From IMG/VR virus record IMGVR_UViG_3300045970_001152: 41,125 bases of DNA; one strand, 5' to 3'. Of this stretch, positions 24,527 through 33,614 are shown one piece after another. Position numbers and translations under genes: made by a program. This DNA is from a virus. The notes under the pieces were generated by a model. It saw only the letters and a program-made list of their open reading frames with translations. It did no database searches and was not told the DNA's origin. The first letter of the stretch is position 1. Every line of letters starts with the position of its first letter.

Positions 24527-24728
24527 GGATCCGACCAGAGGGCTGGAGAACAACGCCGCGAACGTGCGGTCCGTCTACCTCTCCACGCTTCGTCCCATGT
24601 CCACCCCGCTCCTGTTGAAGGAGTACGACGCCTTCATCGCTGGGCTCATGGCGCAGGCTCCCGAAGACTTCCTCGAGGCGTTCGCCAAGCTGGTCAGGGA
24701 GCAGAAGGCCAAGACAGCGGAGGCATAG
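24519..24728 (+). CDS. Small hypothetical protein with a TTG start.
   Basis: GGAGAGGAG lies 8 nt upstream of the TTG. Overlaps the stop of the previous gene. Confidence 0.3.
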   Translation: MAEDPTRGLENNAANVRSVYLSTLRPMSTPLLLKEYDAFIAGLMAQAPEDFLEAFAKLVREQKAKTAEA

Positions 24729-24914
24729 GTGTCACGGACTTCGGACAAGCCGCGCCGCGTGCGCGTCAACATGCGGATCCCCTCCGACCTCTTGGAGTGG
24801 GCGAAGGACTACGCCGTTGCCAAGAACAAGAACGTGACGCAGATCGTGGTCGACCACTTCACCGGGCTGAAGGAGAAGGCGAATGGCAACGGCAAGACCC
24901 CCCAGTCTCGGTGA
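24729..24914 (+). CDS. Ribbon-helix-helix (CopG/Arc-like) regulator.
   Basis: RVNMRIPSDLLEWAKDYAVAKNKNVTQIVVDHF is a classic RHH. GTG start. Confidence 0.5.
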   Translation: MSRTSDKPRRVRVNMRIPSDLLEWAKDYAVAKNKNVTQIVVDHFTGLKEKANGNGKTPQSR

Positions 24915-25443
24915 CGAGAAGGCCGAGCTCGTGCTGGTGCGCGACTCGAAGCCGTTGCCCAAGACGCGCAACGACATCCTCACGGAGATCAGCCACATCT
25001 TCGCCCTGGGCGGTGTGCAGCGAGTCATCGTCGAGGTGGGGAAGCCGCTCCTCTTCGATCGCTTGGTGCCGAAGTCTGACGCGCCAGAAGAGGAGACGAC
25101 AGAGGAGATCCCGGCCGATGCCGTCGACCTCTACGGCGCCATGAGGAACAACGAGCTCCTCAACTTCGAGCTCAAGTACGGCTCCATGAGTGGGTACGAG
25201 GCGCTCTTCAAGGCCTGGCGCCTGCTCTCCGCGCGCAAGCTGGTGGCGAAGGGATTCCTCGTCTCCGACTTCCCTGCCCTTAGGGACTGGCTCGAGCTGG
25301 GAGAGGAGGACTCGGTGGACGACATCTACGGCGTCCCCGTCTTCAAGCATGCCGAGATCCCTGCCGACGTCATCATCCTCGTCGCCGTCGACGCCACCGA
25401 CCTCGAGAGCGTGAAGCTCTCTCTTCGCATCACCCTGGACTGA
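24883..25443 (+). CDS. Hypothetical protein
   Basis: 186-aa ORF with GGAGAAGG upstream. Confidence 0.55.
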   Translation: MATARPPSLGDEKAELVLVRDSKPLPKTRNDILTEISHIFALGGVQRVIVEVGKPLLFDRLVPKSDAPEEETTEEIPADAVDLYGAMRNNELLNFELKYGSMSGYEALFKAWRLLSARKLVAKGFLVSDFPALRDWLELGEEDSVDDIYGVPVFKHAEIPADVIILVAVDATDLESVKLSLRITLD

Positions 25444-25445
25444 CC

Positions 25446-25937
25446 ATGAGCGAGATCGTCAAGAAGGTTCTCGGAAGCGGCCTCATCGACAAGCACACCG
25501 CAGCGCTGATGGAGCAGTTCGGTCTGCTCGAGCCCGGCGCCTCCGACCTGGTGAACGAGGGCGCCCTCAAGGACGCCACCAAGGTCCAGATGGCGAAGCT
25601 GGCCGAGGAGTTCGCCGTCGTGGTGGAGCGCGAGCACAAGATCAAGGAGACCTACCTCGACCTTGAGCGCATCCGCTGGCCGGCGACGGTCTACATCGAG
25701 CTCGAAGGGATGGAGGTGCCTATCCCTCGCAAGTCGCCCTTCATCGAGTGCGTGATGGACCGGCATGGTCGCTACTTCTTCCGGTACCAAGACGTGGATG
25801 GCTCGTGGTTCGCCCCTGGCCGGCGCCTCTGGCGCAAGACCCATGACTCGTTCGTGGGCGAGACTATTGTGGAGGCCACGCCGCTCTACATCGACGACAA
25901 GCCCGTGGCCATTCAGGTCACCGCGCAGGCGGTGTGA
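25446..25937 (+). CDS. Hypothetical protein
   Basis: 163-aa ORF. Confidence 0.55.
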   Translation: MSEIVKKVLGSGLIDKHTAALMEQFGLLEPGASDLVNEGALKDATKVQMAKLAEEFAVVVEREHKIKETYLDLERIRWPATVYIELEGMEVPIPRKSPFIECVMDRHGRYFFRYQDVDGSWFAPGRRLWRKTHDSFVGETIVEATPLYIDDKPVAIQVTAQAV

Positions 25938-26224
25938 TGGAATGGGACCTGCCAACGTTGAAGCGGGAAGTCGAGGAGAAGACCCTCGACTTGGCGGCCT
26001 TCTACAAGGCCCGGGAGACGATCCGCCAGAGGGTGCTGGAGGTGAGGGACTCGCCCAGCCAGCTGACGCCGCTGCCAACGTGGAGCGGGACGGACGCGGT
26101 GCTGGGGAGCCTGGACCTGTCCATCCACGCGATGGAGCGGACCCTGACCGAGCTCAAGGGGATGCTGAGCGAGGCGCAAGCCGCGGCGCCGCGGCTCCAG
26201 CTGGTCGACGGAGGTCTCGAGTGA
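25934..26224 (+). CDS. Hypothetical protein
   Basis: 96-aa ORF with ATGA overlap. Confidence 0.5.
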   Translation: MMEWDLPTLKREVEEKTLDLAAFYKARETIRQRVLEVRDSPSQLTPLPTWSGTDAVLGSLDLSIHAMERTLTELKGMLSEAQAAAPRLQLVDGGLE

Positions 26225-26880
26225 GCAACGCCACCCACGAGGAGCTGAACCTCCGGTCGGCCCTTTTGGGTACCGGCCTCATCCAGCCGGTGGACTCCGC
26301 CTTGACGCGGAGCGGCAAGCGGTCCTCCCTCGAGGTCCTGTGCCGGCAGGTGCCCGGTCAGGAGGCACCTTGGCTCCAGATCGTGGACGGGCTGCTGGAG
26401 GCCTTCGAGTCCTCCAAGGTGTCCTTCCACGTTTGCCGCCGATACCTGAGGAAGAACGGGAAGATGGCCTTCGGCTGGCACGTCCAGTTGTCCGGCTCGA
26501 TGTCCGAGATCAAGTCCGGGGTCCGGGACGCCATTGAAGTCCTCGCCCAGGCCCGCCCGACCCTCGATGCGCCGATGCCCCGCCCGCGCGCCGCGCGGCC
26601 CGCTGCGGCCCTGCGAGCGCCTGACCCGGACGAAGAGGCGCCCTTGGGAGATGCGGGGCCTGCGCGGGCGCCTGGTGCGCCGGCGAAGCTCCTGGCGCCG
26701 CCTCCCAACCTCAAGGTGCGGCTCCGGGTGACGCGGAACGATGTCGACGAGGAGACGGGTCGCCCGTACCTCGTGGAGGAGATGCCCCTGCCGCACGTGT
26801 ACCAGGAGATGAACAAGCCCACCGAGGGCGGCCGCGGTGCCACCAAGACGGCCGGCGGCGAGAAGCCGAGGAGACGGTAG
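26221..26880 (+). CDS. Hypothetical protein with a GTG start (VSNATHEE...).
   Basis: GGAGG upstream. GTG overlaps the upstream TGA (GAGTGAGC). The antisense 499-aa ORF 26002..27501 is rejected. Confidence 0.5.
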   Translation: MSNATHEELNLRSALLGTGLIQPVDSALTRSGKRSSLEVLCRQVPGQEAPWLQIVDGLLEAFESSKVSFHVCRRYLRKNGKMAFGWHVQLSGSMSEIKSGVRDAIEVLAQARPTLDAPMPRPRAARPAAALRAPDPDEEAPLGDAGPARAPGAPAKLLAPPPNLKVRLRVTRNDVDEETGRPYLVEEMPLPHVYQEMNKPTEGGRGATKTAGGEKPRRR

Positions 26881-27570
26881 ATGGCTGAGACCTTCAAGAC
26901 GTTGGGGAACAAGCTCCACCTGCCCGCCGGCGCGGCGCCGCCAGGGAGCCGGTTTGAGGTCACCGAGGAGACCCGCCAGGCCAGCAAGGAGCAGCTCGAG
27001 CGGGCCGCCACGACGAAGGAGGACCCTGAGGTCGTCGACCTCATCGCTGGCAAGGCCAGGGCGAGGTGGAAGATCGAGATCAACTTCCTCTCCGACCGGA
27101 CCAACCACAGGCCCTGCGCCTACATGTGCCAGGTGTGGGAGAGCGGCAAGGCGCTCAACGGGGACGGCGACGCCCTCTGCTGGTGGTGTCTCAACTCCGA
27201 CCCGAAGTCGAACGAGGGTTGCCGTTCCATCATCCCGCAGGATTCGGTGAAGGCCGGCATCGCGATGTGCCCGAACTGCAAGAGGATGATCAACGCCGAG
27301 AAGCTCACCGACATGACCGGGGGCAACGTCCGCATGGACGTCCTCGCCACCTACATCGCCAACCTCTTCAGGAAGCTCGGCTCCAACGCCGACATCTACC
27401 TGAAGTACCACAAGACCGATCCCCGCTACGTGGCGCTCGAGCGGGCCAAGGGAGAGCTCGTGGCGAGGAAACTGAAGGGGATGCACATCTACCCGCTGCA
27501 CCGGCTCCTCACCGACATCTCTGCCGGCGCCGACCTCACGAAGCGAATGAAGGCTTTCCTCCTGTCGTAG
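26881..27570 (+). CDS. Cys-rich hypothetical protein (CAYMC...CWWC...CPNC).
   Basis: 229-aa ORF with TAGATG junction. Confidence 0.55.
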   Translation: MAETFKTLGNKLHLPAGAAPPGSRFEVTEETRQASKEQLERAATTKEDPEVVDLIAGKARARWKIEINFLSDRTNHRPCAYMCQVWESGKALNGDGDALCWWCLNSDPKSNEGCRSIIPQDSVKAGIAMCPNCKRMINAEKLTDMTGGNVRMDVLATYIANLFRKLGSNADIYLKYHKTDPRYVALERAKGELVARKLKGMHIYPLHRLLTDISAGADLTKRMKAFLLS

Positions 27571-27590
27571 CTGCCGCCTACACTCTCGTC

Positions 27591-28109
27591 ATGAACAAGC
27601 TCGCCTTCCACTCGATGATGCTGAAGCTGGCCTTCAAGCTCAACCCCCAGGGGAAGGCCGAGGTCAAGGCCGAGTCCCACTTCTCGGCTGAGAAGCCGAA
27701 CTGGGATGGCTTCGTGAAGAACCTGAAGAGCACCAACTTCAGGAAGGCCATCCTCGGCGCCGAGCAGGCCGACCCGAAGCTGAAGAAGTACGTGAAGAAC
27801 TTCGGCGGCTACGTCTCCTCGAAGGACGAGCTGGCCCGCATCAAGTCGAAGGACTCCGGCAAGACGTACATCGTGAAGGACCTCCACAGCGGTCGCTGGG
27901 GCTGCAACTGCGGGGACTGGCAGTACATCCACTCGGTCAAGGGCGGGGACTGCAAGCACATCAAGTCCGTCAAGAAGTCGAAGCTGGTGAAGGCTGCCTC
28001 GCTCACCACCGCAGCTCAGGGATTCGCTGCGGTGACCCGTGCCGTGCGCCAGAGGGAGAAGGGCCTCCAGGCGAAGCAGACGGTGAAGGCGTTCAACGCT
28101 CCACGATGA
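27591..28109 (+). CDS. SWIM zinc-finger protein.
   Basis: GRWGCNCGDWQYIHSVKGGDCKHIKSV fits CxCxnCxH. Internal Met of ORF 27066..28109. The stop is followed by GGGCTAAGGAA. Confidence 0.55.
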   Translation: MNKLAFHSMMLKLAFKLNPQGKAEVKAESHFSAEKPNWDGFVKNLKSTNFRKAILGAEQADPKLKKYVKNFGGYVSSKDELARIKSKDSGKTYIVKDLHSGRWGCNCGDWQYIHSVKGGDCKHIKSVKKSKLVKAASLTTAAQGFAAVTRAVRQREKGLQAKQTVKAFNAPR

Positions 28110-28246
28110 GGGCTAAGGAAACAATCACGGCCACCGCCTTCTGGCGCAAGGTGCCCCGTCACCACGGTGGTCCGGCGGACTCGCCGCCTCTCGCGCGACT
28201 GCGCGAATCTCACACCACCTTCTGCCACTGAACTGAGGATCTTTGC

Positions 28247-28576
28247 ATGGCCACTTTCACCGAACTCCATGAGCGACTGGTCGCCGCACGAAACCGCAAG
28301 GCGGTTCTCCAGATGCTCGTCGAGCACATCGACAACAACTTCATCCCCTCCGGGCCGGCGAAGGCCGAGAGGGTGCTCCTCAACGACGACAGGCTCGCTG
28401 TCCCGCAGGAGATGTTCGAAGCAGTCATCGCCGACACTCTCGATGCCGAGATCGAGCAGCTCAACCAAGAGATCACCCGCATCACCAACACCGAGCTCGC
28501 GCAGAAGACAGCTACCCCGAAGGCCGAGCCAGAGAAGAAGACCAAGAAGTCCCACAAGAACCAGGAGGCAACGTGA
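28247..28576 (+). CDS. Hypothetical protein
   Basis: 109-aa ORF preceded by a 137-bp intergenic region. Confidence 0.55.
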   Translation: MATFTELHERLVAARNRKAVLQMLVEHIDNNFIPSGPAKAERVLLNDDRLAVPQEMFEAVIADTLDAEIEQLNQEITRITNTELAQKTATPKAEPEKKTKKSHKNQEAT

Positions 28577-29127
28577 GCGAAGAGACGGCAGAGGTGGAGG
28601 TCGGCAGCCCCGGGACCATCGAGGTCCCCTCGGAGACTGTCGAGAGGAAGCCCACCAAGATCGAAGAGAAGCGCCGGAAGATCTACATCGACCGGATGCA
28701 GCGCCACATGGCCAAGGGGCTGACGGTCGAGCAGGCGCACATGAAGATCCAGGAGGAGGACTACGAGCGCCTCCCCATCGAGGCCAAGCTGAAGCGCCTC
28801 GAGATGGCCTGCATGCAGGCCATTCAGCGTCTCGCTGGAGAGCTGGGCAGCCTCCAGAACAACGACCAGGTCATCGCCGACGCCATGGACTCCAACTTCC
28901 GCGCCATCACCAAGGCGCTCGTGAAGCTCGGCGTCACCGGCGAGGAGCAGGTCGCCTTCCTCAAGGAGGCCGAGGAGGAGATCAAGAAGGACCGCGAGAA
29001 CCAGCAGAAGGTGCGGGAAGCGCACGCGGCCGCAGTGCAGGAGGAGGCCACGAAGGCCCAGGTGGAGAAGACCATCAACCAGCCCGGGGAGGCCTCGATC
29101 CCCGACGGCGCCACGGAGTTCGCATGA
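28573..29127 (+). CDS. Hypothetical coiled-coil protein with a GTG start.
   Basis: GTG overlaps the upstream TGA (ACGTGAGC). 184 aa. Confidence 0.55.
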   Translation: MSEETAEVEVGSPGTIEVPSETVERKPTKIEEKRRKIYIDRMQRHMAKGLTVEQAHMKIQEEDYERLPIEAKLKRLEMACMQAIQRLAGELGSLQNNDQVIADAMDSNFRAITKALVKLGVTGEEQVAFLKEAEEEIKKDRENQQKVREAHAAAVQEEATKAQVEKTINQPGEASIPDGATEFA

Positions 29128-29663
29128 GCAGCTTCGACATCGCTCTCCCCGTCATCCTGAAGCACGAGGTGGACCCGGTCCTGGGCCCGTACTGCAACGT
29201 GGAGGAGGACCATGGCGGCCCCACCTGCTACGGCGTCACCATCGCGGAGTACCGGCGCTACAAGCCCGGCGCGACGGTGGAGGACCTGAAGAACATCCCG
29301 ATGTCGGACGTCTACACCATCTTCAAGGCCAACTACTGGCAGCCGCTCGGCCTCGACGAGGTGAACAGCCAGATAGTGGCGACGAAGCTCGCCGACATCG
29401 CCATCAACGGCGGGCCCGGTGCTGCCTCTGCCATCGCCCAGCGCGCCTGCATCGCCTGCGGCCAGGCGGTGAAGGTGGACGGCTGGATCGGTCCCAACAC
29501 CCGGGCCGCCATCAACGCCATCCCGCCGAAGGATCTCCTGGTGGCGATCAAGGAGCAGCAGCGGGACTTCTACCTGGACATCGTCCAGCACGACAAGACC
29601 CAGCTGACCTTCCTCTACAACTGGATGCGCCGCTCCGAGTGGCCCCAGCCCGGCGAGGCCTGA
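29124..29663 (+). CDS. Endolysin: GH108-type N-acetylmuramidase with a C-terminal peptidoglycan-binding (PG_binding_3-like) region.
   Basis: ILKHEVDP..GPYCNVEEDHGGPTCYGVTIAEYRRY matches the GH108 EGG...DPGG.T.YGI pattern. VDGWIGPNTRAAINA is the PG-binding signature. Internal Met of ORF 28167..29663 with ATGA overlap. Confidence 0.7.
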   Translation: MSSFDIALPVILKHEVDPVLGPYCNVEEDHGGPTCYGVTIAEYRRYKPGATVEDLKNIPMSDVYTIFKANYWQPLGLDEVNSQIVATKLADIAINGGPGAASAIAQRACIACGQAVKVDGWIGPNTRAAINAIPPKDLLVAIKEQQRDFYLDIVQHDKTQLTFLYNWMRRSEWPQPGEA

Positions 29664-29674
29664 GAGGTAAGGAA

Positions 29675-29700
29675 GGAGGGGGCCCTTGCGGGCCCCCTCC
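29675..29700. terminator. Bidirectional terminator hairpin GGAGGGGGCCC-ttgc-GGGCCCCCTCC at the convergence of the plus and minus blocks.
   Basis: Perfect 11-bp GC stem between the endolysin stop (29663) and the stop of the minus-strand gene (29706). Confidence 0.6.
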
Positions 29701-29705
29701 AGCAT

Positions 29706-30773
29706 CTACTCGATGTCGATGACGCGGCCGAACTGGCCCGCACGCACCGACCGAATGCCAGCCTGCTTCGCAGTCTCATCCACCGCCAGTTCGGACATCG
29801 CGGCAAGGAGACTGCGAACCTCGTCCGTGGAGTGATTCACCTGCTCCGCGGTGAGCTGCCAGTCGGTCTCTCCATTCCCGCCCTGCTTCAAGAACCGGGC
29901 GCGGATGGACTTAATCGTGTCCTCGAAGGTTGAGGTCCCCGAGAAGTTGACCGCCGAGAAGGTCTCGAAGGCCTCGAAGAGAGGCCGGAGGTTCTTGGGG
30001 TTCAGCTTGCCGTTGGTCTCGAGCAACCTCTTGGCCTGCGAGGCTGCCTCTCCGAGCTGCTGATGCATCATGACGGAGACTTCGCTCACCCAGTGGTTGA
30101 GGTCCCGTCGCACCCTGTTCTGCTCAGCGAGCAGCGTCTCAGCATCCAGGGTGGACATCGACTCCACGCCCTCGAGCGGCGTCATCTTGAACATGCGCCA
30201 CTCGAAGTTGTAGCGGCTGCGCAGGTGCGAGACGTCCGGGTACAGGGTGCGGTTGATGGCCTCCTGCTGCTTCACCCAGATGTCGAGCTCCTTCACCTTC
30301 GCTGCGTACGCGTAGGGGGCGACCTTGTTGGCCTCCTTCTCCGCGATGTTGCGTGCCTGCTGGGTGAGCTTCTCGAGCTGCTCCTCCTTGAAGCGAGGGT
30401 AGCCCGCGATGAGGTCGTCCACGGCGACATCCCACTGCGCCTTGAACTCCTGGAGTCTCCGCAGTACCTCGCGCAGCGCGTGGTAGGAGACGTACTTCGC
30501 ATTCCCGATTGGGAACGGGACGGAGCGGTTGTCGAGGAACCTCCGCGCATGCCCCTCGATGAACTGGAGACGCTCTTGTGCCTGACGCGGCAGGAGCTTC
30601 TTGTGCCCGATGTAGAAGGCACTCTTGTCGACCTCGTCGATGAGGAGGTCGCTCTCGTTCATCTTCTTGTTCGCGGTCCAGCGACCGATGTAGAGATGAA
30701 ACAGCGTACCGGTATCAAAGAGAACGCGGGTGATGCCGCTCTCCTGCCGGACGGACACAGGAGGGTTGGGCAC
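29706..30773 (-). CDS. Hypothetical 355-aa protein ending in ...GRVIDIE. Last gene of the AAA-ATPase module.
   Basis: Long ORF with good codon usage. Its C-terminal 7 residues and 21 nt are shared with gene 36730..37944. Confidence 0.6.
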   Translation of the reverse strand: MPNPPVSVRQESGITRVLFDTGTLFHLYIGRWTANKKMNESDLLIDEVDKSAFYIGHKKLLPRQAQERLQFIEGHARRFLDNRSVPFPIGNAKYVSYHALREVLRRLQEFKAQWDVAVDDLIAGYPRFKEEQLEKLTQQARNIAEKEANKVAPYAYAAKVKELDIWVKQQEAINRTLYPDVSHLRSRYNFEWRMFKMTPLEGVESMSTLDAETLLAEQNRVRRDLNHWVSEVSVMMHQQLGEAASQAKRLLETNGKLNPKNLRPLFEAFETFSAVNFSGTSTFEDTIKSIRARFLKQGGNGETDWQLTAEQVNHSTDEVRSLLAAMSELAVDETAKQAGIRSVRAGQFGRVIDIE

Positions 30774-30774
30774 C

Positions 30775-30978
30775 CTACCCCCCGGTGTGCGAGTGGTCGT
30801 GCGACTCGATCTTCTGGCTGCCCTCGGGCTTCATGTCGCGCTTCTCCACCTTGCCGAGAGCGTCCTCGAGGGACTTGGTCTCCGCGAGGCAGGCGTTGCC
30901 CACGAAGCCGCGGGTCGGCTCGGCCTTGACCGTTCCGTCCTTGGCGATGGTGACCTTGATCTCCTTCAACGTTGCCAT
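30775..30978 (-). CDS. Small protein resembling the DUF2997 family (IKVTIAKDGTVKAEPTRGFVGNACLAETKSLEDALGKV).
   Basis: 67 aa. AAGGAGGAAGC directly upstream of the ATG. Family assignment is from memory and needs an HMM check. Confidence 0.55.
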   Translation of the reverse strand: MATLKEIKVTIAKDGTVKAEPTRGFVGNACLAETKSLEDALGKVEKRDMKPEGSQKIESHDHSHTGG

Positions 30979-30987
30979 GCTTCCTCC

Positions 30988-31542
30988 TTACAGCGTGATC
31001 ACTCGGCCATGCCGAATGCGGGTGTCGTTGCGCTGCGCTGCCTGAACGTCTTCGTCGGAAGCCAGGCGCCGGCGCGGGCCGGTCTGCGCGGGGGCTCCGG
31101 CGTCCATCTTCTCGAGCTCCTCACCGGCGCGGAAGCGCCGCATGATCCCGGCCACCTCGCTCTGGATGAGGTCGAGGTGCTTGCAGTGCCGGGGCTTGGG
31201 CAGCCCGGTCTCCTTGTCCTTGCGCTGGAAGACCCAACCCATGCAGTTGCAGCGCAGGGTTCCGTCTTCCTCGAGGCGCGTCTCGTAGTTCACGATGAAG
31301 CCGCCCCTGGGCTGGCTCGATGCAAAGGCCCAGGTGTAGACCGGCTCCCCGTACTCTCTCTTGGCAGGGTCGCTGTTGGTGGTGTCCCTGCCAGTCCTGA
31401 CACTGCGGCGTGGCATGTTGATCTTCCTCCTCTGGCGTGAGGGGAGAGGAGCCGGCACCTCCTCTTCGAAGGGCCGGACCCTCTCCTCGTAGAGCCGGTG
31501 CGAGAGGTCGGCGATCTGGTCGATCACTCGCCTTCTCGGCAT
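30988..31542 (-). CDS. SWIM zinc-finger protein (CNCMGWVFQRKDKETGLPKPRHCKH).
   Basis: 184 aa with the CxCxnCxH motif. Basic N-terminus. Ends ...GRVITL. Confidence 0.55.
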   Translation of the reverse strand: MPRRRVIDQIADLSHRLYEERVRPFEEEVPAPLPSRQRRKINMPRRSVRTGRDTTNSDPAKREYGEPVYTWAFASSQPRGGFIVNYETRLEEDGTLRCNCMGWVFQRKDKETGLPKPRHCKHLDLIQSEVAGIMRRFRAGEELEKMDAGAPAQTGPRRRLASDEDVQAAQRNDTRIRHGRVITL

Positions 31543-31546
31543 GGCT

Positions 31547-31972
31547 CTACCCGTAGCGCTGCGCCGTGAGCTCGATCTCGCCGGTCTTCAGGACCTGGCG
31601 CTGCACCTGGTAGCCCTTGGCCTGGAGCTGGCCAGTGGACACCTTCTCGGCGTAGTACTGCGCGACGAGATTCTGGTGCTCCTGCGGGAAGCCATCCATG
31701 TCGACGTGGACGTCGTACCCGCCCTCCTTGTTGCGCTCGTAGCCCAGGTCGTTGGACGCCACGTAGCGGCCGAGCTTCTCGCCCTGCGCCGCCTTGCGGA
31801 CCACGATGTTGGCCTTGAGGTTCGCCTTCTGCCCAGCGTAGTTGAGGAGGTCCACCTTCTTGTCCCCATGGGACTCGACCTTGCCCTCACCGAAGTGCTG
31901 GACCAGCGCTGCCACCAGCTCAGCCTCGAACTTCTGCTGCGCCTGGATGTTCAAACGAACGTAGTGGGACAC
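31547..31972 (-). CDS. Protein resembling the DUF1257 (Ycf35-like) family, with a GTG start (VSHYVRLNIQ...).
   Basis: 141 aa. AAAGGAGAA lies 6 nt upstream of the GTG. The N-terminal MSH(F/Y).. pattern recalls DUF1257. Needs an HMM check. Confidence 0.5.
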   Translation of the reverse strand: MSHYVRLNIQAQQKFEAELVAALVQHFGEGKVESHGDKKVDLLNYAGQKANLKANIVVRKAAQGEKLGRYVASNDLGYERNKEGGYDVHVDMDGFPQEHQNLVAQYYAEKVSTGQLQAKGYQVQRQVLKTGEIELTAQRYG

Positions 31973-32018
31973 TGCATTCTCCTTTCGTGAGACATCAACC
32001 TACTGCGAGGGTACGACA

Positions 32019-33614
32019 TCAGGCGTCGATGCGACGACCAGCGACGCCCATCTGGGCCTGGACGGAGACCTCCTTGCGGTTGGCGGGGCGGGTGCGCGCA
32101 GCGCACCAGTTGCGGAGGAGCTGGAGCCTCTCCAGCATCGTCTTGGCGATCGGCTGCGTGGAATCGAAGGCCTCCTGGAGGTCCACGGAGTTGAGGTCCC
32201 TGTTGTTGTGGTAGGCGACCCGCATGGCCTGCTCGATAGCTCCGTCGATCTCTGCGCCGGTGAAGTCCTTGCTGGTCTCGCCGGCGAAGTGGTCGAGGTC
32301 GATCTTGGCGGGAGTGCCACCGACGTGCTGGTAGAGCGCTTCCCGGTTGCGGCGCTTGATGTGAATCATGAGGATCTCCCTCCGCTCCTTCTTGGTCGGA
32401 AGGTCGATGGAGAACATCTCGTCGAAGCGGCCCTTGCGGAGGAGCTCCGGGGGCAGCATCGTCACATCGTTGGCGGTGGCTACCACGAAGACCGGGCTGG
32501 TCTTCTCCTGCATCCAGGTGAGCAGCGTGCCGAGCACGCGTGCCGAGACGCCAGAGTCACCGTGACCACCTGAGGCACCTGCGGCCCCCTTCTCGATCTC
32601 GTCGAGCCAGAGGACGCAGGGGGACATCGCTTCCGCGAGGCGAATGGCCATGCGGATGTTGGCCTCGGAGGAGCCGACGAGGGACTGGTAGAGCTTGCCC
32701 ATGTCGAGCTTCAGCAGCGGCTTGCCCAGCGCGGCCGCGGCCACCTTCGAGAAGAGCGACTTGCCGGTGCCAGGAGGACCGACCAGCAGAACGCCCTTGG
32801 GGTACGCCAGGCCGAAGTCGAGCGCCTCCTTCGTGAAGGCGCGCTGGAGCGGCCGCACCCAGTCCTTCAGCTCCTCCATGCCGCCGATGACCTCGAGGCC
32901 CGCCGGGACATCGCGGATGTACTCGAGCAGCTGGCTCTTGCGGAGCGCGAAGCACTTCTCCCGGATGACGATGGCCGGGTCCCACAGGTCCTCGAGCTTC
33001 CGCTTCCCCTGCTTCCGGGGCTCGATGATGGACAGCGTGAAGGCGTTCTCGGCTTCCTGCGTGGTGAGCCCCTTGGCAGCGTCGATGAGGAGCTTCTTGC
33101 GATCTGCATCGGGACGCTTGTCGGCGGCGATGCCGGAAGCCTCGAAGATGCCGTCCAGCACCGCGGTGAGGCTCTCCTCGTCCGGGAGCGGAGCCTCGAG
33201 CAGCGTGATCTCCTTCTCGACCTCCGGCGGCAGGACGACGACTGGCGAGAGGATGATGATCATCTTCCTCGTCAGCTTCATCTCGGGGATGACGTCCAGG
33301 AGCAGCGCCTGCACGTTGAGGTCCGGGAGGAAGTGGTGGAACTGGCGAAGGACCAGGATGGAGTCCTGTGGCAGGTCCTTGATCTTCTCCAGGGCTGTGG
33401 TGGGCATCCCGGTTCCCTGGAGGGGAGCCGTGGTGCGCCTGGAGTCCTCGATGATGCCCTTGTTGATGGTCCAGAAGAACATCTTGCGCTTCAGGACGTC
33501 CGCCGCCTGGCGGATCTCCCGCAGCGTTCTCTGGTCCTCGAGGCTCTGGAGGTAGATGGCGGCGTAGCCCGCCTTCCCTCGCACCTCAAGCAAGTCGATC
33601 AGCTTCTCGGTCAT
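32019..33614 (-). CDS. AAA+ ATPase (classic AAA, Ycf46/CDC48-like) with an N-terminal domain of about 270 aa.
   Basis: 531 aa. Walker A is [10 protein letters not shown]. Walker B is VLWLDEIEK. Sensor 1 is VVATAN. The arginine finger region is [12 protein letters not shown]. Confidence 0.85.
   Translation of the reverse strand: MTEKLIDLLEVRGKAGYAAIYLQSLEDQRTLREIRQAADVLKRKMFFWTINKGIIEDSRRTTAPLQGTGMPTTALEKIKDLPQDSILVLRQFHHFLPDLNVQALLLDVIPEMKLTRKMIIILSPVVVLPPEVEKEITLLEAPLPDEESLTAVLDGIFEASGIAADKRPDADRKKLLIDAAKGLTTQEAENAFTLSIIEPRKQGKRKLEDLWDPAIVIREKCFALRKSQLLEYIRDVPAGLEVIGGMEELKDWVRPLQRAFTKEALDFGLAYPKGVLLVGPPGTGKSLFSKVAAAALGKPLLKLDMGKLYQSLVGSSEANIRMAIRLAEAMSPCVLWLDEIEKGAAGASGGHGDSGVSARVLGTLLTWMQEKTSPVFVVATANDVTMLPPELLRKGRFDEMFSIDLPTKKERREILMIHIKRRNREALYQHVGGTPAKIDLDHFAGETSKDFTGAEIDGAIEQAMRVAYHNNRDLNSVDLQEAFDSTQPIAKTMLERLQLLRNWCAARTRPANRKEVSVQAQMGVAGRRIDA

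Noticed and set aside
26002-27501. 499-aa minus-strand ORF
   Set aside because: It is antisense to three well-supported plus-strand genes. Arg/Gly/Pro-rich composition. Spurious GC-frame ORF.
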